A stretch of 37,714 nucleotides of DNA, taken from contig JAGWAA010000003.1 of assembly GCA_018302165.1 (NCBI GenBank), forward strand, positions 1 through 37,714, given 5' to 3'. How positions within the stretch are numbered: position 1 is the first letter of the stretch; each line of letters begins with the position of its first letter. The translations under genes and the position numbers were made by a program. This DNA is from Candidatus Woesearchaeota archaeon. Its GTDB lineage: Archaea; Nanobdellota; Nanobdellia; SCGC-AAA011-G17; GW2011-AR17. Below, piece after piece: positions 17,009 through 26,441 of the stretch. The notes below the pieces were generated by a model. That model had not been told where the DNA came from. It saw only the letters and a program-made list of their open reading frames with translations, and did no database searches.

Positions 17009-17851
17009 TTAAAATTTCATAGAGTTCAATCTTTTAATTCTATCATCAGTTGAAGGATGAGTACTTAACATAGACATAAAACCTTTCCAACTAAAAGGAT
17101 TCACAATAAACAAAGACGCACCAGCAGAAGATTCATTAGTGAAAGGATGTTCCTTAACGCCAGATTCCAATTTTTTTAATGCTGAAGAAAGTCCTTTAGA
17201 ATCTTTTAAAATTTTAGCCGCACTTTCATCAGCCAAATATTCCCTGCTTCTCGAAATAGCCATCTGGATTAAGAAAGCCATTATTGGTGTAATAATTCCC
17301 AAAACTAATAACCCTAACAATCCTCCTCCATTATCATCATCACCACCACCAAGAATTGTACTCCATCTCGCCATAGCACCAACGAATGAAATAACACCAG
17401 CAATTGTAGCTGCAATTGTAGCCACTAAAATATCTCTATTTTTTACATGTGAAATTTCATGAGCAATAACCCCTTTCAATTCCTCTTTATCTAATAATTC
17501 CATTATACCAGTCGTCACAGCAACAGCAGCATGTTTCGGATTCCTTCCAGTAGCGAATGCATTTGGATTAGCAGATGTAACTATGTAAACTTTAGGCTTT
17601 GGAATATTCGCCAATTTTGCAATCTCAGAAACTAACTCATGCAACTCTGGATACTTACTTTTTTCAGCAAGCTTGGCTTTATACATCCACAAAACAATTT
17701 TATCCGAATAGAAATATGAAACAAAATTCATTAATAATGCAAATATAAAACCAATAATTAATCCATAAGGACCAAATAAATATCCAATACCTAATAATAT
17801 TCCAGTTAGTAACCCTAAAAATATTACAGTCTTAAAAGAGTTAAAATTCAT
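17009..17851 (-). CDS. htpX: HtpX-family M48 membrane zinc protease
   Basis: N-terminal TM helices, HEISHVKNRD (HExxH), downstream ESRSREYLADE-type glutamate, C-terminal STHPSTDDRI. Confidence 0.85.
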   Translation of the reverse strand: MNFNSFKTVIFLGLLTGILLGIGYLFGPYGLIIGFIFALLMNFVSYFYSDKIVLWMYKAKLAEKSKYPELHELVSEIAKLANIPKPKVYIVTSANPNAFATGRNPKHAAVAVTTGIMELLDKEELKGVIAHEISHVKNRDILVATIAATIAGVISFVGAMARWSTILGGGDDDNGGGLLGLLVLGIITPIMAFLIQMAISRSREYLADESAAKILKDSKGLSSALKKLESGVKEHPFTNESSAGASLFIVNPFSWKGFMSMLSTHPSTDDRIKRLNSMKF

Positions 17852-17883
17852 AGTTTAAATAGAAAAATCTCAATTTAAAAACT

Positions 17884-18861
17884 TTACGAAGTATATTCTA
17901 AATAAACCTCAGGCAAAGTCTTCCATTCAACTTGTCCAGTTTGAATATAATTTTCATCAACATAATCTAACCATTCTTTCAATAAATTTTCATTATGTAA
18001 ATCTGTATCACCAAGACTCCAACCAAAATAAATTAAATTAATTTCATTAGAATCTACTTCATTTAAAACAATCTCAATATTCTGATAACTTGCTTCCAAA
18101 TCCTCAGAGGTCAAATCTGCATTACTAACTTCTGAAATCCCTAAACTATCTTCATATTGAGCATATAAAACATTTCTTGCATTAAAGATTACTAAATCTC
18201 CACTATTACTATATAACCAATTTTCACCAGAACTAGCAAGAATAGGAGTTAAACTTTGAGTAATATCCTCAGGTAAAGGCCCATGACATTCACCAGGACT
18301 CAAACAATTTTTATATTTTTCAGGCCTCAAATCCTCTGGCATAGACATTGCACAATATCCCACACTACCAGAAGTAAATTTATATCCTGCATCAATAGCA
18401 GCTTTAACCCAATCCATTTCTGAACAAATTCCAGAAACATGCAAAATTTTAAAATCAACTAACTTTTCAAGATCTAATCTTGAGTCCTTAATTTCTTTAA
18501 CAAAAATATCATAATCATAATTTTCATTCAAAGAATACCCCGCATCAGCATGAACACCGACACCATGACCCCTATCATGCAAATCTTGAATAATATTTGA
18601 ATCCCACCTCTCAGCAGCTTCAATAAATTCAGGACTAAATTCAAAAGTTCCAACAGCCCCATAATCTTCTAGAATAGAAGCCATATTCTCTACGGCACTC
18701 GCATGCAAATTAAAACTATCCTCTAAATTAACTTCATTCTTCCACCCTTCAACATGTATCATCAACCCCAGGTATAATTTTTCATTAGAATCTTGAATCG
18801 AACAAGAAGATAAAAACATTAAAATCAATAAAATGAACAAAATAATTTTTTTCATAAACAA
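17884..18861 (-). CDS. hypothetical secreted lipoprotein
   Basis: Signal peptide with lipobox FILLILMFLSSC. His-rich segment HDRGHGVGVHADAGY. Function unassigned. Confidence 0.5.
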   Translation of the reverse strand: MFMKKIILFILLILMFLSSCSIQDSNEKLYLGLMIHVEGWKNEVNLEDSFNLHASAVENMASILEDYGAVGTFEFSPEFIEAAERWDSNIIQDLHDRGHGVGVHADAGYSLNENYDYDIFVKEIKDSRLDLEKLVDFKILHVSGICSEMDWVKAAIDAGYKFTSGSVGYCAMSMPEDLRPEKYKNCLSPGECHGPLPEDITQSLTPILASSGENWLYSNSGDLVIFNARNVLYAQYEDSLGISEVSNADLTSEDLEASYQNIEIVLNEVDSNEINLIYFGWSLGDTDLHNENLLKEWLDYVDENYIQTGQVEWKTLPEVYLEYTS

Positions 18862-18938
18862 TCTAAATACAAAAAGTTATAAAAAACTTTCCTTTAAGAT
18901 TGAGAAAATTAATAAACAATCATTCCCACATCAAAAGA

Positions 18939-20273
18939 ATGACCTATAATATTATTATCGGAAGAACCGAGTCTGATAGAAAGAAGTTTGGAGAAAAAGG
19001 AACAATTCTCATAGGCCGTTCTTATGTTAAAATGGGCCAAACCACGACCTTATCAAATTATGTTTATATGGATGTAATCAAATCACATGTAGTATTAATT
19101 GTTGGAAAGAGGGGTTCTGGCAAGTCATACTCATCATCAGTCATCACCGAAGGGATTATAGACCTTCCAGATGAAATTTCAAATAATCTTTCTGTAATAA
19201 TGTTAGATACAATGGGCGTTTTCTGGACAATGAAATATCCTAATGAAAAAGATACAGGATTATTAGAACAATGGGGACTGAAAGCAAAAGGATTAGAAAG
19301 AATTAAAATCTTCACACCAATAGGAATGTATGAATATTCCAAATCGATTGGCATTCCAACAGATGCACCATTCTCAATCAAAGCTTCAGAATTATCTGGA
19401 GAAGATTGGCGTCTAGCTTTTGAACTTTCATCTTCTCACCCAGTTTCAATTTTAATTGATAAAATTCTAGGCGATTTAGCAGATTTAAGAAAAGAAGAAT
19501 TTAATGTTGATGATATAATTAATTTAATTCAAAAAGATAATACTTTTTCAAATGAAACAAAAAATGAAGCAATTAATAGATTCAAAGCTTCAAAAGGTTG
19601 GGGTTTATTTTCAAATGAAGGAACAAAAATTGAAGTTCTAATAAATCGTGGAGCAGTTTCAGTTTTAGATATGTCTGCTTACGCAACTTCTTCAGGTGGC
19701 TGGGGAATCAAAGCTCTTGTTGTAGGATTAATATCTAAAAAAATATTTGTTGAAAGAATGCTTTCCAGAAAATTAGATGAAATTGAATCTATCAGAACAG
19801 GTTATTCATATTTCAAAATCAAAGAAGAAGTTTCAGAGGATAAAAAACCATTAATTTGGTTTATTTTAGATGAAGCTCATGAATTACTTCCTGCAATCGG
19901 AAAAACTGCAGCAACAGACGCTTTGGTAACAATATTAAGAGAAGGTCGTCAACCTGGAATTTCATTATTATTAATTACTCAACAACCAGGAAAGATTCAT
20001 TCAGATGTTTTAACACAATCAGATATAGTCCTTGCACATAGACTAACAGCAAAAATAGATGTTGAAGCTTTCAACTCCATGATGCAATCATATTTAGGAG
20101 ACACCTTAACAAGTTACTTGAACATCCTTCCAGCAGATCCAGGAGCAGCAATTGTTTTAGATGATAACTCAGAAAGATTATATCCTATTCAAGTTCGTCC
20201 AAAAGTATCCTGGCACGGAGGAGAATCCCCTACTGCAATCAAATTCGAGAGGTCAAAGAATTTAGGATTGTAA
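18939..20273 (+). CDS. HerA/DUF87-family P-loop ATPase
   Basis: N-terminal barrel-like segment, Walker A VGKRGSGKSYS, Walker B IWFILDEAHELLP, REGRQPGISLLLITQQP. Start set to ATG 18939; the ORF track begins at TTG 18900. Confidence 0.7.
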   Translation: MTYNIIIGRTESDRKKFGEKGTILIGRSYVKMGQTTTLSNYVYMDVIKSHVVLIVGKRGSGKSYSSSVITEGIIDLPDEISNNLSVIMLDTMGVFWTMKYPNEKDTGLLEQWGLKAKGLERIKIFTPIGMYEYSKSIGIPTDAPFSIKASELSGEDWRLAFELSSSHPVSILIDKILGDLADLRKEEFNVDDIINLIQKDNTFSNETKNEAINRFKASKGWGLFSNEGTKIEVLINRGAVSVLDMSAYATSSGGWGIKALVVGLISKKIFVERMLSRKLDEIESIRTGYSYFKIKEEVSEDKKPLIWFILDEAHELLPAIGKTAATDALVTILREGRQPGISLLLITQQPGKIHSDVLTQSDIVLAHRLTAKIDVEAFNSMMQSYLGDTLTSYLNILPADPGAAIVLDDNSERLYPIQVRPKVSWHGGESPTAIKFERSKNLGL

Positions 20274-20754
20274 TAGGATCATAAATATCATACATTTCAA
20301 TAAGTTTATGTCCATAATGAAATCTTATATCCCCAGGTAAATCTTTCTTAAAAATAATTCTTTCTTTTTCTAAAGACTCCACAACATCACTCATCTTAAA
20401 ACAATGGTTATCCTGAAAATTTAATCCACAAGGATAAACTAATCTTTGCTTAAATCTTTGTTTAAATTTTTCTTCAAATTCATCAACTAAACCCAATCCT
20501 AAAACCGGAACAAAAAAAGGAAACCTACCATCATGAGCACGAATAAAATTAATAATTTCAAAACCTCCTATAACAGAAATATCTTGAGTAATCATTCCGA
20601 TAAAAACTTCATTAAATTCAGCTCCATCAAATCTAATCCTATAACCCATCCCAGTTTCTCTATGTAAATAATAATAAGAATCACTTTCAACCCCCGAATT
20701 TGTTCTAAACAAAAGATCATATAATCTCCCATTTCTTTCAATTGAATTCATCAT
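20239..20754 (-). CDS. hypothetical protein (start probably MMNSIERNG at 20754 rather than 20814)
   Basis: Long ORF convergent with the ATPase gene and overlapping its 3' end. No motif recognised. Confidence 0.4.
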   Translation of the reverse strand: MMNSIERNGRLYDLLFRTNSGVESDSYYYLHRETGMGYRIRFDGAEFNEVFIGMITQDISVIGGFEIINFIRAHDGRFPFFVPVLGLGLVDEFEEKFKQRFKQRLVYPCGLNFQDNHCFKMSDVVESLEKERIIFKKDLPGDIRFHYGHKLIEMYDIYDPITILNSLTSRI

Positions 20755-20788
20755 TAAAAAAAATAAAAGAAGATATATAAATACTTTT

Positions 20789-21406
20789 ATGATTCTAAAA
20801 CATATGACATACAACCGTCAAGATCATTATTACATGAAAGCAAAAAAAGAAGGCTTTCGTGCACGTTCTTCATACAAATTAATAGAAATTCAAAAAAAAT
20901 ATGATTTAATCAAAGCTAATGATTCAGTGCTGGATATTGGTTGTGCTCCAGGATCTTGGTTACAATTTGTAAAACAAAGAACCAAAGGCAAAATATTAGG
21001 AATAGATTTAGTTTCAATAAAACCAATTGGAGGAATAGAATTCATACAAGGAGATATCAACGACAAAGAAATCCAAAAAAAAATAATCCAAAAATTCAAT
21101 GTTGTACTTTCAGATATTGCCCCAAAAACATCAGGCATCAGAGAAAGAGATCAATACTTATCCTTCCAATTATCCAGAGAATCATTCCTCATAGCAAAAA
21201 AAGCACTAAAACCAAATGGAAATTTTGTAGTAAAAACTTTCCAATCTCAAGAAACAGAAGAATTAGTAAAAGAAATTAAACCTTATTTTGAATTTGTAAA
21301 AAGATACACTCCACAATCAACAAGACAAGGTTCAAAAGAAATTTTTATTGTAGCTTTAGGATTTAAAACTACATCTTCTCCAAAGCTTTTTTCATCAAAG
21401 GAATAA
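20789..21406 (+). CDS. rlmE: rRNA 2'-O-ribose methyltransferase RlmE/FtsJ
   Basis: GFRARSSYKLIEI, SAM motif VLDIGCAPGSWLQ, VLSDIAPKTSG, FVVKTFQ. Confidence 0.8.
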   Translation: MILKHMTYNRQDHYYMKAKKEGFRARSSYKLIEIQKKYDLIKANDSVLDIGCAPGSWLQFVKQRTKGKILGIDLVSIKPIGGIEFIQGDINDKEIQKKIIQKFNVVLSDIAPKTSGIRERDQYLSFQLSRESFLIAKKALKPNGNFVVKTFQSQETEELVKEIKPYFEFVKRYTPQSTRQGSKEIFIVALGFKTTSSPKLFSSKE

Positions 21407-21602
21407 CAGCTTCAGCTTCTTCTTTTGTCATTCTTCCCAATTTATTAAAAGAATAATCTCCTTCTGAAGACCTATTCTCTCTTGAGACTTGTAATTTTGG
21501 AATACCATTATTGTATGCAAATACACCAACAGTTATTTTTGTCGTTTCAAATTCAACTTCTTCATGAAAAAGTTCTTTATCCAGGTTTTTATCAAATGCC
21601 AT
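21369..21602 (-). CDS. PC4/YdbC-like small ssDNA-binding protein (putative)
   Basis: VGVFAYNNGIPKLQVSRE...FNKLGRMTKEEAEAVIPLM resembles the YdbC/PC4 pattern (SWNGGxPKxDIRxW...GKGITLTxEE) from memory. Confidence 0.45.
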   Translation of the reverse strand: MAFDKNLDKELFHEEVEFETTKITVGVFAYNNGIPKLQVSRENRSSEGDYSFNKLGRMTKEEAEAVIPLMKKALEKM

Positions 21603-21639
21603 AGGGATTAAAATTTTTAGAGATTATAAAAACCTTTCT

Positions 21640-21667
21640 GAAAATTTTCCGGATTTTCTTAGTAAAC
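21640..21667 (+). promoter_or_regulatory. Copy of the shared promoter-proximal motif GAAA-N3-TTYCGG-W2-TTTTCTTA-N-TAAAC
   Basis: gaaaattttccggattttcttagtaaac, ~70 nt upstream of ATG 21739. Closely similar strings lie at 33466-33494, 34988-35016 and, inverted, at 36727-36749. Confidence 0.45.
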
Positions 21668-21738
21668 CTTTTTTAAGCCAATTTTTCTAAATTAAACTGA
21701 AAGTCTAGACTTCTTCAAGGCATTGGGAGGTGCTTAAT

Positions 21739-22230
21739 ATGTTAGAGAACTTAGTGCGAACTGCAATAAGAAGAGAAGATTTAGACATTGATTACAATGG
21801 CTACACAGCAACAAACCATTTTGGATGGGAATACCAAGTTTCAATTGAACAAAGCGAATCTTGTCTTGAACCTTCTTATATCAAACCATTACAAAAAAAG
21901 ATTGTATTAAAAACAGGTTGTGAAGTATCAGATCAAGGCCATTATTTATCTCATGCATTAGCCCACGAATTAGGCCATTCAGAAACATTCTTTGTAACAA
22001 CACCCATATTAGCAATAATTGCTTTTGCAGGTTTAAGACATGCATACAAAGAACATTCAATTAAAACATTCCTTTATACTTGCGCAACTGTAGCCTCATA
22101 TAGATTAGTTGTTGACGAAGCCGCAGCAGAAATTGCAGCATCTGTAAATCATGGAACAATAATGATGGATTGGAGAGGCGAATTAACAAGCTTAGTAAAT
22201 TTTAGTAGAAATGTCATTGATTTATTTTAA
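21739..22230 (+). CDS. hypothetical membrane protein with an HExxH motif (putative metallopeptidase)
   Basis: ALAHELGHSE, followed by hydrophobic helices. GGGAGGTG lies 7 nt before ATG 21739; the ORF track starts at GTG 21730. Confidence 0.45.
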   Translation: MLENLVRTAIRREDLDIDYNGYTATNHFGWEYQVSIEQSESCLEPSYIKPLQKKIVLKTGCEVSDQGHYLSHALAHELGHSETFFVTTPILAIIAFAGLRHAYKEHSIKTFLYTCATVASYRLVVDEAAAEIAASVNHGTIMMDWRGELTSLVNFSRNVIDLF

Positions 22231-23134
22231 AATCCACACAAATCCTAAATCTACCAGGAGCATATTGCCCACACCTAACTACCTTCAAGATTTTCGCAGT
22301 TTTTACATTTTTTTTAATTTTTTGAATAGCTTTCTCAGGAATATCTTTTTCATCACAAAAATCATAAAAATGTATTATTCCATTTTTCTTCAATAATTTT
22401 AAAGCATTCCCCAAAAAAGCTTCAGCACTTTTAGGCAACGGCATCAAAATCCTATCAAACTTCTCATTAAAATTAAAATTCATTGCATCCTCATTAAATA
22501 ATTTTATATTAGAATATTTTCTACAATTATATTCGGCATACTTATGAGCAACAGGATTCTTTTCCACGCCTACAATCAACGCAGGTTTAGAATGTTTAGC
22601 AATAACCAAAGGATAAGGTCCAACCCCAGAAAAAAACACTAAAACATTTTCTTTATCTTTTATTAATGATGCAATCCTCATTCTTTCTGTCCCTAATCGT
22701 GGAGAAAAATAACATTTTTCAACATCAATTTTCATTTGTACACCATTCTCTCGATAAATAGTTTCTTTTCTTTTTTCACCAGCAATAAATTCTAAATCCT
22801 GTGTTCTAAATTCACCATGATGAATACCAACCTTTCTCAAAACCACTTTAACATTTGGAACATTAATTAATTTTTTTGCATCAGTATTAGAAACATCTTC
22901 ACCAGCTATAACAATATCCCCAATTTGATCATAATTTAATAATTCTAATTTTATTTTTTTTATTTTTTCACATTCTTTCTCCAAAATTTCATAGCCCTTA
23001 ACATCTTTCTCAATAGGTAGATACAAATAATCTCTTCCAGAAACAGGCTTATACCCTTTAGCTAATACTCCTAATTGTATCAATTTTTGTTTGGTTTTTT
23101 CAGCATCTTTTTTCAAGACTTTAACACATTTCAT
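22214..23134 (-). CDS. Trm5/Taw2-type (Met-10+ like) SAM-dependent tRNA methyltransferase
   Basis: FSPRLGTERMRIA, VLVFFSGVGPYPLVIAK, VGVEKNPVAHKYA, FDRILMPLPKSAEAFL. Confidence 0.7.
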   Translation of the reverse strand: MKCVKVLKKDAEKTKQKLIQLGVLAKGYKPVSGRDYLYLPIEKDVKGYEILEKECEKIKKIKLELLNYDQIGDIVIAGEDVSNTDAKKLINVPNVKVVLRKVGIHHGEFRTQDLEFIAGEKRKETIYRENGVQMKIDVEKCYFSPRLGTERMRIASLIKDKENVLVFFSGVGPYPLVIAKHSKPALIVGVEKNPVAHKYAEYNCRKYSNIKLFNEDAMNFNFNEKFDRILMPLPKSAEAFLGNALKLLKKNGIIHFYDFCDEKDIPEKAIQKIKKNVKTAKILKVVRCGQYAPGRFRICVDFKINQ

Positions 23135-23169
23135 ACATAATTAGAATAAGATAGAATTTATAAAAATAA

Positions 23170-23559
23170 CTAACGCTTAACTAAATTTAATACTTCATCA
23201 ATAGAACTATCTCGAGTTAAATTTCTTTCAATAACAATCACATCAGAAAATACTTGCTTAAACTCAGACACTGCCTTACCCATAGGATCAATTTCGAATA
23301 TTTCCCGCTTCATACATTCCAAATTCAACCAATATTTAAACTGAGCCCCAGAATAATTACTCCCATTATAATTTAAATTCCTATAGAAATGTACTCTATA
23401 TCTACTAATTGACTCAGAATCCAACCAAACCATAGTTGAATCTTCAAATAAAGGATCATTAGTAATTACATCAACTAGCTTAAATCTTTCTTTCAAGAAT
23501 GTTCTTACAGGATCAAAATCAAAAGAATCAGGAAGATAAAACAATACGCCATAGATCAT
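23170..23559 (-). CDS. hypothetical protein
   Basis: 129-aa ORF between the FEN1 and methyltransferase genes on the same strand. Confidence 0.45.
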   Translation of the reverse strand: MIYGVLFYLPDSFDFDPVRTFLKERFKLVDVITNDPLFEDSTMVWLDSESISRYRVHFYRNLNYNGSNYSGAQFKYWLNLECMKREIFEIDPMGKAVSEFKQVFSDVIVIERNLTRDSSIDEVLNLVKR

Positions 23560-23594
23560 CCAAAAAACAAAAAATCTTCATTTTAAAAAGCCTT

Positions 23595-24599
23595 CTAAAA
23601 CCACTTACTCAAACTATCTTTGGGTTTTAATCCCTTTAGTTTCTCTAAAGTTGACTCAACTCTCTCAAGAGAAAAATCATGCTCATCAACTAATATTGCT
23701 TTGACTTTTTCCTCATCCAATCTTTCTTTCTTCAATACAACATCTTCTACAGGAATTTTCTTAAAAGTTTCAAATATTTCTTCCCAATCAAAATCAGTTT
23801 CTAATTTAGAAAATATATCCTCAAATTTTTTAGTTTCATGCAATAACTTCAACGCTTTCTTCGGCCCGATACCATTAACACCACCAGGATTATAATCAGT
23901 ACCTATTAAAATTCCCAAAATAATTAATTGATCTTGAGTCAAATTATTTTTTTCTAATACATCCTTTAATTCAACTAAATATGGAGCAATAAAAACATAT
24001 TTTCCTCCTGTAATTTTTCTTTTCTGTGATAATGTCAAATTAAAAACTAATTTTGGAGCTCCAAATAATAATGAATCATAATCCTGTGATGCACTAGCCC
24101 AAACTAATTTTTTCTTAACCATATATGCACACTGTGCTTCAGCCTCAGATGGTGCTTGAACAACAGGTAACCCTAATGCATTCAAAAGTTCCATAGATTC
24201 ATCAAACATTTTTGTATTCACAAAAGTCAATTGTTTGGCATATTTACTAGAACCTTCAGTATCTTCTCTAACCATTGCCTGATTATATTTATCAAACGCT
24301 TTATCTTTTGCTTCTCTTCTTTTTTCTCTAACTTTTTCTTTCAAATGTGGCGCAACTCCATCAAATACAAATATTGGAGTAATCCCTTTTTGTAATAGAT
24401 TAGGAACACGAGAGAATAACCCCACTAAATGTGAAGTAACATTTCCATTTTCATCCATTAAAGCAGTCCCATCTTGTTGCCTTATAGAACTCAGAAATTG
24501 AAATATAACATTAGAAGCATCAACAGAAAGAGTTTTACCATTAAGCTCATCCCATTTCAAATCCCTTTTATCAACTAACTCAGAAATCTTTACTCCCAT
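23595..24599 (-). CDS. fen: flap endonuclease 1
   Basis: MGVKISEL start (9th codon of the tracked ORF), SVDASNVIFQF, FVFDG, SEAEAQCAYM, SQDYDSLLFG, GTDYNPGGVNGIGPKKA, C-terminal PIP box SLSKWF. Confidence 0.9.
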   Translation of the reverse strand: MGVKISELVDKRDLKWDELNGKTLSVDASNVIFQFLSSIRQQDGTALMDENGNVTSHLVGLFSRVPNLLQKGITPIFVFDGVAPHLKEKVREKRREAKDKAFDKYNQAMVREDTEGSSKYAKQLTFVNTKMFDESMELLNALGLPVVQAPSEAEAQCAYMVKKKLVWASASQDYDSLLFGAPKLVFNLTLSQKRKITGGKYVFIAPYLVELKDVLEKNNLTQDQLIILGILIGTDYNPGGVNGIGPKKALKLLHETKKFEDIFSKLETDFDWEEIFETFKKIPVEDVVLKKERLDEEKVKAILVDEHDFSLERVESTLEKLKGLKPKDSLSKWF

Positions 24600-24656
24600 A
24601 ATCAATAAATAATAGAAATTCATATAAATAGATTTCCTCTCAAAAAACTATAAAAG

Positions 24657-25307
24657 ATGGTGATTAAAAAAGTTTCTTTCAAGCATGGATGGTGGTATTT
24701 TTATAGAGTCCACGAACCAAAAACAAAACAATTAACAAAACAATTTCCAGAATTAAAAACATTTTTGTATGATGTATTTGAAAATTGCCCTCACGATTAT
24801 TTTTCTTTAGAACCCAGATCCTCAAAATTAACTTTTAACTTAAATAATCTAAACCTACAACCTGTACTAAATCATGAAGTAAATATTCTCGCAAAAAATG
24901 GTTTAGAGAATAACGCAAAGAGATTCACAACAGCCCATCCAAAAGTCCAAATGTTTATGCTTGAAGAGGACTCAAACACAATCGCAATCGAAGTTCCTTT
25001 ATGGTTACAACCAACAGAACTAGACCATTATGAAAATATTTTCAACTCAAAAAACCCATTAACAGGCCATATTGATGCATTAAGAATCGAAGATGACAAA
25101 ATTTGGATATGGGACTACAAACCAAACGCCCACTTAGAAAAATATGCTTCTACTCAAACATTCTTTTATGCCTATATGTTATCAAAACGCACCCAAATAC
25201 CTTTAGAAAATTTTAGATGCGGTTATTTTGATTCCAAAAACACTTATGTTTTTAATCCAGAGATATGCAAAGTTCCAAGAATTATACAGCAAAAACTTTT
25301 AAAATAG
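24657..25307 (+). CDS. PD-(D/E)xK (RecB/Cas4-like) nuclease-fold protein
   Basis: GHIDALRIEDDKIWIWDYKP followed by QTFFY gives the D...D-x-K...QxxxY arrangement. Confidence 0.5.
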   Translation: MVIKKVSFKHGWWYFYRVHEPKTKQLTKQFPELKTFLYDVFENCPHDYFSLEPRSSKLTFNLNNLNLQPVLNHEVNILAKNGLENNAKRFTTAHPKVQMFMLEEDSNTIAIEVPLWLQPTELDHYENIFNSKNPLTGHIDALRIEDDKIWIWDYKPNAHLEKYASTQTFFYAYMLSKRTQIPLENFRCGYFDSKNTYVFNPEICKVPRIIQQKLLK

Positions 25308-25325
25308 CCATTATATCAAATATCT

Positions 25326-26441
25326 ATGCAAAAGTTAACATTAGTCTTTAGTGATATAGAAGTTGGTATTGGAAATAATACTGACGACTTTGTTGAAGAC
25401 AAATTATTTTGTGAAACACTAAGATCAAATTTTCACTATCACAAAAAATATAATATAGATTTAGTTTTAAACGGAGATATATTTGATTTTCTAAAAGCAC
25501 CCTATAAAAATACTTATCCTAGGCACATTACTGAAAATATTTCCCTTTGGAAACTCGAACATATGCATAAAGCCCACCCAGATTTTTTTAATATTTTAAA
25601 TGAATTCATTAATTTGGGTAATACAAGAATAATATTTATAATAGGAAATCATGATTACAATATTATTTATAGTAAGATAAAAAAAGAATTAAGAAAAATA
25701 ATTTTAAAAGACAAAGTTAAAATGAAAAAGAAAATTGTCTTCCCAGGTTTTGAATTTAAAAGCTATCAAGTATTATTCGAACATGGTTCCCAATTAGACC
25801 AATTTTTCAGAGTTGATCCAAATACATTAATTCATCCAAAAATTCAAACTGTAATTGAAGAACCTTTTTTATTAGTTCCATGGGGATATAATGCCCTTAA
25901 AGAACATTTCATAAAAATCAAAGAAGAATTTCCTATGTTAGAAAGAATTTTTCCAAAGAATAAAACATTAAATACATTAAATAACCAAGTCAAAAAAAGA
26001 GTAATTATTGACACATTTTTTTATATGTTAAAATCATTTTTTTATACACAATTTAGATACAAAAAAGACAAATTATATAATTTTACCTGGGAAGATTTTA
26101 AAAAATATATGAGAAATTTTCTTAAAAAAGATTATGATGTTAAATTTGAAGATAAAGCAGAAATTAAACTTCTTTCCAGTAAATTCAAAGTAATCTCTTA
26201 TGGACATAACCATGTATCATCATTATACAAAATAAAAGAGAAATATATTTTAAACACAAATACTTGGCGTGATGAATACGAATATTCCGAAAACACAAAA
26301 ACTTATCTTCCTACAAAAAAAAGTTATGGATTTATTATTCATGATAAACAAAAAATTTACAAGATAAAATTAATTTATGTAAATTCTCAACAAAAAGAAT
26401 TAAAACCTTCTGAAATTAAAGGATTAAAAACCTTTCAATGA
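25326..26441 (+). CDS. calcineurin-like metallophosphoesterase
   Basis: LVFSDIEVG, LVLNGDIFDF (GD), IIGNHDYN (GNHD), FEHGSQ, YGHNHV. Confidence 0.65.
   Translation: MQKLTLVFSDIEVGIGNNTDDFVEDKLFCETLRSNFHYHKKYNIDLVLNGDIFDFLKAPYKNTYPRHITENISLWKLEHMHKAHPDFFNILNEFINLGNTRIIFIIGNHDYNIIYSKIKKELRKIILKDKVKMKKKIVFPGFEFKSYQVLFEHGSQLDQFFRVDPNTLIHPKIQTVIEEPFLLVPWGYNALKEHFIKIKEEFPMLERIFPKNKTLNTLNNQVKKRVIIDTFFYMLKSFFYTQFRYKKDKLYNFTWEDFKKYMRNFLKKDYDVKFEDKAEIKLLSSKFKVISYGHNHVSSLYKIKEKYILNTNTWRDEYEYSENTKTYLPTKKSYGFIIHDKQKIYKIKLIYVNSQQKELKPSEIKGLKTFQ

Noticed and set aside
17139-17462. 107-aa plus-strand ORF inside htpX
   Set aside because: Antisense shadow ORF; htpX motifs are intact on the minus strand.
19064-19381. 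105-aa minus-strand ORF inside the HerA-like gene
   Set aside because: Antisense shadow ORF.
20890-21279. ORFs 20890-21138 (-) and 20941-21279 (+) inside rlmE
   Set aside because: They are alternative-frame or antisense translations (Arg/Lys/Asn-rich). RlmE motifs define the real frame.
22211-22396. 61-aa plus-strand ORF following the HExxH gene
   Set aside because: It lies inside the Trm5/Taw2-like gene on the opposite strand.
23620-23895. 91-aa plus-strand ORF inside fen
   Set aside because: Antisense shadow ORF.
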